Part shown: positions 49,927 through 64,000 of the stretch, in pieces
Position numbering within the stretch: position 1 is the stretch's first letter
Layout: every line of letters starts with the position of its first letter
Origin: Styela clava
Lineage: Eukaryota
Assembly: GCF_964204865.1 (NCBI RefSeq)
Contig: NC_135257.1
Coordinates: forward strand, 12,896,001-12,960,000
Length of the DNA: 64,000 bases
Reading direction: 5' to 3'
Notes under the pieces: model-generated
What the model was told of the DNA's origin: nothing
Seen by the model: only the letters and a program-made list of their open reading frames with translations
Databases searched by the model: none
Position numbers and translations under genes: made by a program

Positions 49927-52900
49927 ATGATTAAATATCGACAAGGAGGAAGAAAAGATAAGAAAATGACTGGAGATCCGAGTGTATGGGCTATTCAAGA
50001 TAAAATAACCGAAATTAGAGGTTAGCGTTTTTTTGTTGAATTTTATACCTCTAAGTTGAAGTAATCAATGTAATGTGAAATTTCGACTCAGAAATGGTTA
50101 AACCGTGAGAGAAGTTTTGCGCGGCCTCAAAATCACACAAAATAGGATGAAAAAGAATTAATTTTGAGAAGACAAAACATCCTTTTCTTTCGACACAAGT
50201 GCACATTATCCTCCTGGACGAAAGTTACGATGCATAAAATGTGACCTGACTAACTAAAAGGTTTTGTGTTAAATAAGAGCAGTAGAAAATGTACACCGAT
50301 TACTTTTCTTCTGAAAATCAGTTTTTGAATAGATAAATTGTGATTAATTTTAAGTACGCAATACTAATACATTTGCAGGGAAGCTCACGTTGAAGCAAAG
50401 AGACCAAGAAGCTTATTACGTATTTTCTCAGCAACAAATAAAAGAAAATGAACAATTGATCAAAAGTTTGAGATCGGAGATTCACGAGAAGCGTGTGCTT
50501 ATGAAAATGAGCGTAAACGCTGACGACCATGTCATCAGGGAAGGATTTAAAAAGCATCGCGAAAGTCAACTTGCAATGCAAAGGTACGAATTTTTTTACC
50601 TCAAATTTTTTTTTAACTTTCGGTAAGCATACTGAATCTAAAGGCTTTTATTATTCTGAACCAGGTTAAAGAAACCAAAAGGTTATAATTGTCCTTTTTC
50701 TACTTAATTAGAAGAGACAGAAAATCTGAAAGAAGCGACTCTGGTTTTTTATTCGATTAATTCCATATAAATATCCCCCCTTTTATAAAGGTAATAGGGC
50801 CCCATGCTTATTCACGAGTTGGATTTCAACGAATATGGATGAACGTAATAGAATGTACACAATGATGATTACTGGCCAATATATTGTTACTTATACACAT
50901 ATATGGCAAGAGCAAGTGGTAAAATTAAATTTCTTCTAATTCTCCTTAGCGCCAACTAATGAATGTTTTGTGACGAAAAATGTGATCATCGCATTCCAAG
51001 TCAAAATTAGCTTCGATTGTGAGTATTTCAAGTTTTGTTTTTGCATGTGAAGGTACACCGTTGACAAAGCAAAGAAAGAGAAAAATGAACATGTGTTCGA
51101 CAAAGTCGGACAACTGGATGCAGCGAGGCATGAGAGAAAGAGAAAAATTCGAAAAAGGAAGGATCTCGCACTCATCTTGGAAGTTATGAAACGAGATGCA
51201 AACGCAGACGTCAAAGATGGAAGCGACCAAAGATTGCGGGTTTTGTCGACATCAATAGATAAAATGCAAATGAAATATTCATCCGCTTGCTTTATACAGA
51301 GAACGTATTTGCAGGTATATTCGGAAAAATTATTATTCCTACCTTTCAACGTTTGGAAATATTGTCAAAATGTCTTGTAACCTCACATATTGCAGAGGGA
51401 AAAAAGTCTGAGTTTGTAGGTATTGATTGTACATCAAATAGCTCAAATCTGGACTGGCATATTTTTTTGATGTAAGTCTTGACCTAAACAACAAGACCTC
51501 TTTATACTCCGTTGGAACAACTGGAAAATTTGGAGACTTTAAATTAGAAAACACGAAAAATTGCGACTAAATCTAATTATTTGATATATTCTCACAGTAA
51601 CTTGCCATTGTTATTTTCAATAGATTCTTCGCCATCTCGAGCGAGAGAACCTCAAATTACCGGGCCGGCTTCGTGCTTTGGAACAAAGCATCCTAAATAA
51701 TAGATCGGAATTAGATGGAGATTTGTTTCAAATCCAGGTTGATGCACGAAAAGCTTACAGTAACACGAAATCTGTCAAGGTACTTATACTCAATCATGCT
51801 ACACACTAGCAAATTTAAGCGACACCCCGCCTTCATAATTCTTAGAAAGTAAGCACACAGAAAATTGTCACTTTTCGCAGGAAAAGATGGAAGAAAAAAT
51901 AATGAAGGAGAAACGGCGAAGAGATAGAGACCTTGCTGAAGTTAGGCGAAAATTCAAGAAAATGAATCAGAAGGAAGAAAAGGAATATCGACCACGAAGG
52001 CGGATTACACATAGGCAAGAAGCAGACGATCAGGTCAGAATGAATATACACTCTACTCGCTAAGTATACAGCATGTGAGAAAACATTAAATAGTTTGCGG
52101 CCTCACGTTCAAAAGTTTAAAAAAATCAATCAATGAAATCTCATTTCAACTCCCAAATTCATCTGATTGTTTTTGACACCAAAGGAGGAAACAAGCGCAA
52201 GCTTTTGGGAAAAGGTGCGGGAATTTTGGATGACAAAACGAGCAATGGATGACTTGCAAGAAAAAATGTCTGTTCCTCGCCCACAAGATATTGCGTATTG
52301 TTTTCAGAAGCAAATCAATAGGTGAGTAAAGTTCTACCCATTTATACTAATGACATGTAAATGATGAACTTATGTTCTATCTAAGATTGAAAAAATCGTT
52401 TATTTTATATTCGGAGAAGGGAAACATTCAAAATGTGACAAACAAACATGTATAAAGTATAGGTTTATTTCGATTCCATAATCAGCATAACAGGCAATAA
52501 AATGATTCATAAAAACAACTAAATAAAAACTGATTATGAAAAACAGAAACGCAAACAAAACCTTAGACAAGGTTTAACGTACAGAATATATATTTTGCCA
52601 AGGAGTGGTACGTGTTCACTCACCTATTGTGCTATCGATTTAGATTATAGAATTAGCTAGAGATATTTGCCAATCCTTCAAACCCTTTTCAGTTATCCGT
52701 TCCTTCTATATTTGCTCATCGTATACTCCAAACTCAGAAATTAGACATAATCTTTACAGTCGTTTATTTAATTAATAATATATATCAGCTTAAAATTGTA
52801 TCATTAATCACACGTCGAATGCACCAGACAAAATGAACTGAAAAACATTCTTGAAAATCTGAACTTCAAAAAAAATGCATGGATGCGTGATTTAGGTAAG

Positions 52901-54441
52901 TGACGTCATCTTCATCCTTTTTTACCCTTGTACATGCGAATAGTCTAGCTAGCCTTACAACTGATGAACCCTATGTAAGGTATTGCACGCTTTAATTAAC
53001 GAATGTACATGTAAGTGATGAAGGTGCCTGCTTGTAGATTCCTGAATAATTATATATATATATCCAATTTTCAAGAAACTGCGATTTTGTTATAGGCCGA
53101 AAGCTTCAAACCCCGTGACTCGTATCTTCTTGCCAGTCATCAGAATTGTCTGACTTAAGCAATACAAAGGTTTGCTTGATAGATTCTCAGTTATTCCGAT
53201 AAATCAAACCCTTTTTAGGTCAACAGCAGGAATTGTTAAATGCAGTTTCAAAATCACACCATGCTATGATTGAAGAATTTGAGATGCATAACGCGGATAA
53301 ACTCTCGAATTTGGACTGTTTACAAAACGACACAACTATCGTTAAAGAAAAAGCACTGAATTTGGAAGCCATATTGACAGATGTTATAAACGCAATATCA
53401 ACAATACATCAAAAAACTTCAACGTGTGACTGGGTCTGTAATTGATAGACAAACGCTTTAATTGCTTAAATTTATTGCTGATTAGATTACAGTAATAAAG
53501 TTAGTTCGTAGGATAAGCAGTATTGGGCGCACAATCATAAAATATTTGCGCATCTATAGACTATAATATTGTCCTTTAAAAACAGCGTACCTATTTTGGA
53601 TCGGATCATCATCAGCAAAGAATAATAAAATTTTAAATTCAATAATCAACGAACTTTTCTGTCACCGCTTGGGGATATTGTCCCCATTGTCCAAAGTTGG
53701 TGATGCATTCCCAGTTAATCAATAAGATTTATCACATTCTCGTTTGCTAATTATTTAGATACCGAAGCATGTTCGTAAACGCAATGCGAGAATACCCCCA
53801 CTCGACGCGGTAGTTTCATCGGGGGATTTAATGAGAGTTCGAACGAACGACGTAGCAGGACTTTTATCCGCATGTGGAGATAAACTCAAAGAACTCCAAA
53901 TAATGGCAGAAACCTTTCGTCAAACCAAAGAAGTAAGTAGAATTGATAGATTAGCCTACGGTACATAGATTCCAATGAACCGAATCAACAAAAACGATAG
54001 ATGTCATTAATTACCCGCGACAAATATGGAAATTTTACACCTTACCTGCCATGGGGCTTCACACCCACATATTCAAACACGAATTTTCCAACATGCTGCT
54101 AGGTATATTTGATGGAGTATTCGACTATTTAATCATAAGCTTTTCGAAAGCCTTGCTTGGACAACGAGTAGAATGATTACACATTTTCACAGGATCTCCT
54201 TGCTGAATTTCCCACTGAAGAAGGTCAAGAACTGCTTGTGACCGCTACAAGCAGCGCACCAGGCAATACGCGGGTCTGCATAGCTGATGAAGATGACTTG
54301 TTGATGACAGAGGATTTCTTCGGAGATGATGATGATACGAACGATAAATATCTATCTCGAGAAGCTATTAAGAAAAGTATGCTTCAATTTACAGAAAATC
54401 AGACGTCACGGAAGAAAAAACGGAGGGCGAAAAAGGAATAA
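49927..54441 (+). CDS. ODAD3: Outer dynein arm docking complex subunit ODAD3/CCDC151-like coiled-coil protein (CCDC183-like paralog not excluded), 10 exons, 570 aa
   Basis: Exons 49927-50020, 50379-50583, 51053-51314, 51624-51779, 51881-52033, 52185-52321, 52828-52895, 53219-53433, 53759-53932, 54193-54441; total 1713 nt in frame. The N-terminal ITEIRGKLTLKQRDQEAYYVFSQQQIKENEQLIKSLR and the C-terminal NTRV..FFGDDDD..SREAIKK..RKKKRR match my recollection of CCDC151. Confidence 0.75.
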
Positions 54442-56612
54442 TAAAATCTTTTATTATTTGGCTCGCTACCAAAAAATATAGAATTTCATTAACTGGTGTG
54501 TTATTTCAAAAGATATTCTTCGAGGCAGGAAGGTGGAAAAAATCTTGTTATCACAAACAATAACAACACCATCTAAGTTATAAGGAAATTGGTTACACGA
54601 CTTTCTCCGAAAATTACTTAAACTTAAAACTGTATTTTTTAAGGCTTCAATTGGTAGAAAACGAGACTTTGTTGCTGCGTCCCAACCAAGTGTCCGATTC
54701 GGAGATCGTGAGCAGTGCTGTGGAATCGAGAATTTCGAATATATTTTCTCTAGAGTCAAGAGTCGTGTTTTCAAACTCCTGTGAGACGGAGTCTAAATTA
54801 TCTGGAGTCGGAAACGTAGACATTCAAACGCCCAAGTATTCACTACCAAATTTTGATTTTCTCGGTGTTCGGGACTGGTGTCTAGTTCCAGTCTAGTTTT
54901 TTTCCCTCAGCCGAGAGACAGATTTTTTGTCTATTGCGAATTTTCCGCGACTCCGCAAGTCATGGTCGTGAGTGAAACAGACTATAATAAATTATTTTGG
55001 GCGTTTCAGAGTTAAAAACATGCCTTCGTCTGTGGCTATACTACTTATTATATGCCAAAGCGTCAGCACATCATATTGATCCTGCTTAATATGTATTCAG
55101 GTCGCCAATAGTGAGCCTACCATCGGTTGATTGGGAAAAGCCATGTAAATAATCAAATTTTCACTTGAACTAGTTTTCAATCAGCTGTTGCCTGACAAGA
55201 TTGACTCTAATTGTTTTCAAATGCCATGTTAATGCCACCTAAAATCTCTGCTCTTGTAGTTGAGAGCTTGAGATAATCTGTCAAAAGAGTTAAAATCTAT
55301 ATTGATTTATATGGATTTACCAGTCAATCCGTAAGGTTTTTTATTGTGTCACAGAAAAAAATTTCATAGTAAAAGAGCAGCACAGCAGCTCATATAACCT
55401 GCCATCTCAGAAATGAATAGTTGCTAAGACAATTTCGCCAGTAATATAAGTATACGCACAAAAACAAGTTTCACAATGTGTCCGAAAGCTTGAGAGTGAA
55501 AGGCAGTCATGCAACTTGTTCATTGAAAAATATGCCAGTCCTATAGTTTCAATGGTTTTGTTCAACTTACAACAAAGAAATTTGAATAGAATATAACAAG
55601 CGACAATAAAGAATTCACAGGTTTTATACATTTCTGCCTAGCAGAGATCATCCAAAAAGACCCTTTATGCAGTGTTATCAATGGAAGGGTTTTATTTGGC
55701 AAAGTTTAAATAGGAATTGCTACTGTGAGAATTTGCGTGCATCATACACACATTCATATGGTGAAGACAAATGAACCATAACAAACACTGTTATGAGATG
55801 CAATACCAATAATTACAGTAATCAATCAACAGGGAACATCCTTCATAGCATAACGCTACAAAACATGTATAACAAGACTGTGCCAAAATCCAATTGAGAA
55901 TTATTTACTTGTATCATGAAAATATTCAGTAATTGAAGAATAGATGTTCAAAATAAATCGAATAATAAAAATACATTATATTCGATATAGTGGACCTTGA
56001 TTTTAAAGTTATCAATAGTGAATTGTTATTCTGACATCTAACTAAATATTCCACGAATAATAACTGCTTTGCCTTAATTCTGACAACTGTAAACAAACAG
56101 TAAACCAATCTCAATACCGTCTGGTGTTAAAATTTCAGTGGTATAAACATCAATCTTTGTAAATATACAATGAATTGTGTATGTTGTTTGTTGATAGAGC
56201 CACATTCAAAGTATATTTTATATTTGAAAATATTTTTTCTGAATTTCGGAAAAAAAATATGGACGCTTCATACAAGATCCAATTTTGAATGTGTTTAAAT
56301 TAGTAATAACAACCATGACACTAAATGAGCAGATGGATGCCCAACATATGATAGGCAGTGATCACAACACAAGATATATTTTAGAGCCTTTAGAGTGGAA
56401 AAATCACATTTTGTCAAAGGCAGAAAAACTTCAACTTTACCCTGCGCTTGCTAAAAGTCGCCATTTTGAAAAAATGCAGCTTTTAGTCTAAATATGCAAT
56501 GATAGGAAACACAAAAAACTTACACAAGGAAGGAATGTGAGAAAAAAGTGCATTTCAAACAAGAAACTAGCTTTTTATGACTTTGAGTCAATTCAGCAAG
56601 AACAAGTTTTTT

Positions 56613-58924
56613 TCAAACGGGCAAGTATAGAGTATGTACTTTCCTAGAATCCAATTTCTTTCGGCAAGTTGGGCATTTTTTATTATGATGTATTGCAGTT
56701 GCTATGCAAACGTTACAAAATATATGACCACATATTGTCGATTTTACTTGACCTCCATTTCGAACAATCTGGAAAAAGGAATATTGCCATGAGTCATTTG
56801 CATAATCAATACAATTCAAAAATGGCATTCATTAATGGATTTATATAATAGTTTCATGCAAAAAACAGATGAGTATTCAACATTGTGAATAGTCAATCCA
56901 CCATTGTAAATTATGAAATAGTGTTTGTGATACAAGTCAATAACATATATAAAGTTGTAAAAACCAGGGGTCGGCAACCTTTTGTCGCTCGCGGGCCAAA
57001 ATTAAAGGTTGCAAGTCATTGGCAGGCCGCACATATTTTTAGAAAGTTAAAAATTGAATGGATGACCGATGAATCACATTTTATCACACAGATCATAAGT
57101 TAAATTTTAAGCAGCGCACGAAGACTGACCATTTGAATTTTTTTTGCGCCATTAAACCATTTGCACTTAGCATTAACTTTTCTGCGTTTTGTTGCCATTT
57201 GTCTAAATTATAATTAAATTATACGCTCATTAAACGAGTAATGGTGAATTATATATTTATTGCGTTATAATATAATTTAGTCTACACGTAAATTCTTTTG
57301 CGTAAACAATATAATCGACAAAACAGCTATAATTTGTTCCTATAATTCAGTGAAGCGTCGCCGGCCGGATTCGCGGGCCGTAGGTTGCCGACCCCTGTTG
57401 TAAACAATCAAGTGTGTCAGCGTTATATGAAAGCTTTGTTTAGAATAACAGGAGTACAGAGCCCAGATGAATAAAGCAAATATCACAACAATATATGATA
57501 TCTGTATCCGAATATTATCAGTATAACAATGATTGATTTCATAACATAACAAGCTTATTGACAAAACTGAACTATAGAGGACTGGTTGGGAAACCCAAAC
57601 ATAGAAAAACATAGCCAATATTGCTCATACAATAGTTTCAAGTTCCCACTAAGATGATTAAATTAGTAGTAGCCTCAAAAGTAAATTAGAAAAAGTACAG
57701 CACCTTAGAGAACCTTTCTAAACAAACAGGACACGACAGCGCAGGTTGTGTGGGAGTTGGACTTTCGACAGATTCATTTAGTTCCTCCTCTCCATCACTG
57801 ATTTCAAATGTTACTGGCGCAGGCTAATGTAAAATAGAAAAAAAAAATAATGCCAGTTAAAAGTGCTGAGCTGATTTGACTGCTTTTATCCGACAAAAGG
57901 CTTCGAAGGCATAAGTATATAGCCCACACAAATTTTAAAATCTGAAGGGTACAACTCCTTTCTTATAGCAGTTAGTATCATATTATAAAACAAACAATTT
58001 TTTACTGCTTTGACATATACCAACCTCTCTTGTTGCTGTGTTAAAATCTGGTGAGGTTAGATCAACAATAGCATCTGGAGAACAGGTCAAATCAACTAGA
58101 AAAAATACAAGGCATGTACAAATGATTTTATAACCTGTTGAAGTCCTGAATTATTTTGGCAAACTGGTTGTTTCTTCACCTTGGTAGCTCATTACATATC
58201 AGGTGCTACTTGACAAGATTCTCGTTCAGCGTGAAGATGTATAAGTGTTAAAAAGGGAGAAGCAATTGACTTCAATGAAAAGTCATTATGAATGTGCTGG
58301 AATTATTGATAAAACCTGAAAGAATATCCCTTGAAAAACTAGTCTATAAAACTACCTCAATGAAAAACTGATTTAGCTTCACACTAAAACATCATACTGT
58401 TTTTTGAGTACCCAATTATTAATCTTTTAAAAAAAAAACATACCGTATGTAGCCTATGTTAAAAATACAGCTGGAGATAAACAAAAGAGCATACAGAGAC
58501 TCATTGAAATTTACCAATGCTAGTATCTGCGTCGGTGTTCAACTCTGGAAGCATTCTTCTACGACGTCTCGGTATTACAGAACTATTTGTTGTGGTTGGA
58601 CTTGATGGACTATCTAGAACGATTATGTCAGCAGAACTTCTCCTCATATTTCTTCTAAACAATATTCGTTACAAACTTTAAAAAATTGTTTTGGAGAAAC
58701 AAATAAATCATATTTGTTAAATTGGAAAAAATAGATTTTATGGGTTGAAATAGACATTCATAATTGTTATGCACAATGCAAAAACCTAAATAATTTCAGA
58801 GAAAAAAATGTATGAAAATGAGAAAAAGGGATAAATTTGCTTACCTTCTGAGTCGTCGACTTCTCCCACTGTCTGTGACAATATTATTCCCAATTATAAT
58901 TTGGGGTGAGTTTTCAGTCATCAT
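56613..58924 (-). CDS. RNF4: SUMO-targeted E3 ubiquitin ligase RNF4-like, 5 exons, 188 aa
   Basis: Exons 58924-58845, 58654-58515, 58095-58025, 57823-57704, 56768-56613; total 567 nt. SIM-like motifs IIVLD, IVDLT, IVDLT, FEISD precede a C-terminal RING CPVC..STICGHIFCNVC..CPTCRKKL..HTLYL. Confidence 0.92.
56965..57397. mobile_element. 433-bp non-autonomous hAT (Charlie-like) MITE in the last RNF4 intron
   Basis: Perfect 16-bp TIRs CAGGGGTCGGCAACCT. Flanks TTGTAAAAAC and TTGTAAAC fit an 8-bp TSD with an A-run slip. GCGGGCC subterminal motifs. Confidence 0.85.
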
Positions 58925-60516
58925 TCGACAATAACAGAGCTATAGTATAGCTTATAGATAAACAAGTCAGCTTGGAATAAAGTTTGAAGTGAGGATAAAC
59001 ATTTGGGTCTAGTATAGTTTAGTACCACAAGTACTTTCGGTTTTTTTGTACATGTTATTCCTAGCTCCCACTTGACTATGTCATCCAAAAATTATGTCAC
59101 TACGACTTCACAATCACGTCATAGAGCTTGCCAAGTTTAGCTACCATCGTCCGAAATGGCATCTGCGCAGACTATACCGAACTCACTAACGTCAGCCTTC
59201 TCTCATATCGGGTTCGTTGCAACGAGAAAACGAGAGAAATAGCTTGCTCGATTTCATCTGCGCATGTTGGACGACCATATGTACACTTTGGAGGTATTTA
59301 TTACGCTACTGTGGCGTCGTAGTGACGTAATATTTTGGTGACGTAGTCAGGTAGGGGTTAGGATTGACATATGCAATAATTGTCGAGCCAGACCAACCAG
59401 AAGTGCATGTGATATAAACTATACCGGACCCAAACATTCAACCGACAGCTCGAATATCGATAAACTGTGTGCTAGAGGTGTAATAAACCTAGCATACTGC
59501 TGTACTGGCATAAGTAACTTGAAAATGACAGCCTGTTATAGTACGGTACTTCCTTAATAAAAAATTTTTAAATGGATATCATTACATTTTCTGCAAAGTC
59601 GTATAATGACAACAAAATTCACTCCAACATGCCAAGCCCAGTAAGGCTTTAAAGGACTGAAAACAAATTACTTATACAAATTCAAAAATTTATAAAATAA
59701 TGGTGGAGGGCAGATAATAAGTCTTATATTTATATTCTTGTAGAATTGTAGTCTGAAAATAGGATAAAGATAAGGTAATTTTTTTTAAAATACATCGAAC
59801 ATCTGTATACTCTGATATAACAGTATCGTGATTATAAATTGTTCCGTGTTCGATTATTCAAAATACTGCACTAATTCAGTAATTGAATACAAAAAATAAA
59901 TTGCTGAGATGTTACGGTACCGGTATAACTACAATACATTTCAGTTATCTCTGTATCTAAAGACCAAAAATCAACAGCCTCCCTCTGTACGAAGACATTT
60001 CAGATTTCAACATTTTAGCGACTTCAGCCACTTTGCTCTGTCGAAAAAAAGCATCCACGGATAATTCTTCTGTTTTGATTTCAGCTGTTAGTAACTGCAG
60101 CCGCCCACTCTACTGAAAGAAGTTTCATCCGCTTTTTAGATTTGTGTACTTCAGTGATTTCAACAACCCCACTCGTAAGTAAAAATTTCAGTCATTATTC
60201 TCGTTCGAAGACTTTCAGACTTTTGGGAACTAGGTAAGCCAGTTCGCAACTTCCTGATTTCTGGAATTTGCTGTCCACTCGGAAAAAAATGTTCTTTCGT
60301 TAGTTTCCTTTTCTGGTTATTCAATATTGTCCATGCGCTAGTTGGCGCAAGAGTTCGTTTCTGCATTGCTTGGGCTTGGTGAATTGATTCACGGGGTGCA
60401 GGAGCGAAAGGAATAGAGTCGACCAATAGTGTTGCTGATAATCTAGAACTAGAGGTCCTGCTTTGTCGGCTTGGTGACAGTCTACACACTGACTCAATTT
60501 ACACATCATTGAAAGT
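58925..60516. promoter_or_regulatory. Divergent (head-to-head) RNF4/PGGT1B promoter and 5' UTR region
   Basis: The start codons face away from each other about 1.6 kb apart. A CpG-richer segment at 59100-59350 carries several TGACG half-sites. Confidence 0.5.

Positions 60517-64000
<3,484 letters not shown>

Noticed and set aside
54036-54065. CTTACCTGCCATGGGG resembling the U1 snRNA 5' end
   Set aside because: Similarity stops after about 15 nt; no U1 body or Sm site.

Overview
AT-rich, intron-containing animal genomic DNA. Gene content, compact introns and MITE load suggest an invertebrate chordate, probably an ascidian (inference). I reconstructed seven spliced genes by hand from GT-AG boundaries and reading phase: a neuronal calcium sensor (+, 5 exons, 210 aa), a secreted collectin-like lectin (-, 4 exons, 290 aa), a Na+/K+-ATPase beta subunit with two homologous alternative first exons (+), sFRP1/5-like (-, 3 exons, 301 aa), ODAD3/CCDC151-like (+, 10 exons, 570 aa), RNF4-like (-, 5 exons, 188 aa) and PGGT1B (+, runs off the window end). 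Mobile DNA includes a complete 3042-bp hAT transposon (TIRs, perfect 8-bp TSD, intact 695-aa ORF), a 1952-bp element bounded by 453-bp near-identical direct repeats (LTR-like, non-canonical ends), a Merlin-like MITE family and several hAT MITEs. The most interesting signals are the duplicated ATP1B first exons, the young hAT element, the LTR-like element next to the ATP1B promoter, the collectin (unusual architecture, MASP-like motif, DR3 element upstream) and a possibly dually acylated calcium sensor. No CRISPR, rRNA or convincing tRNA genes were seen. No database searches were run.
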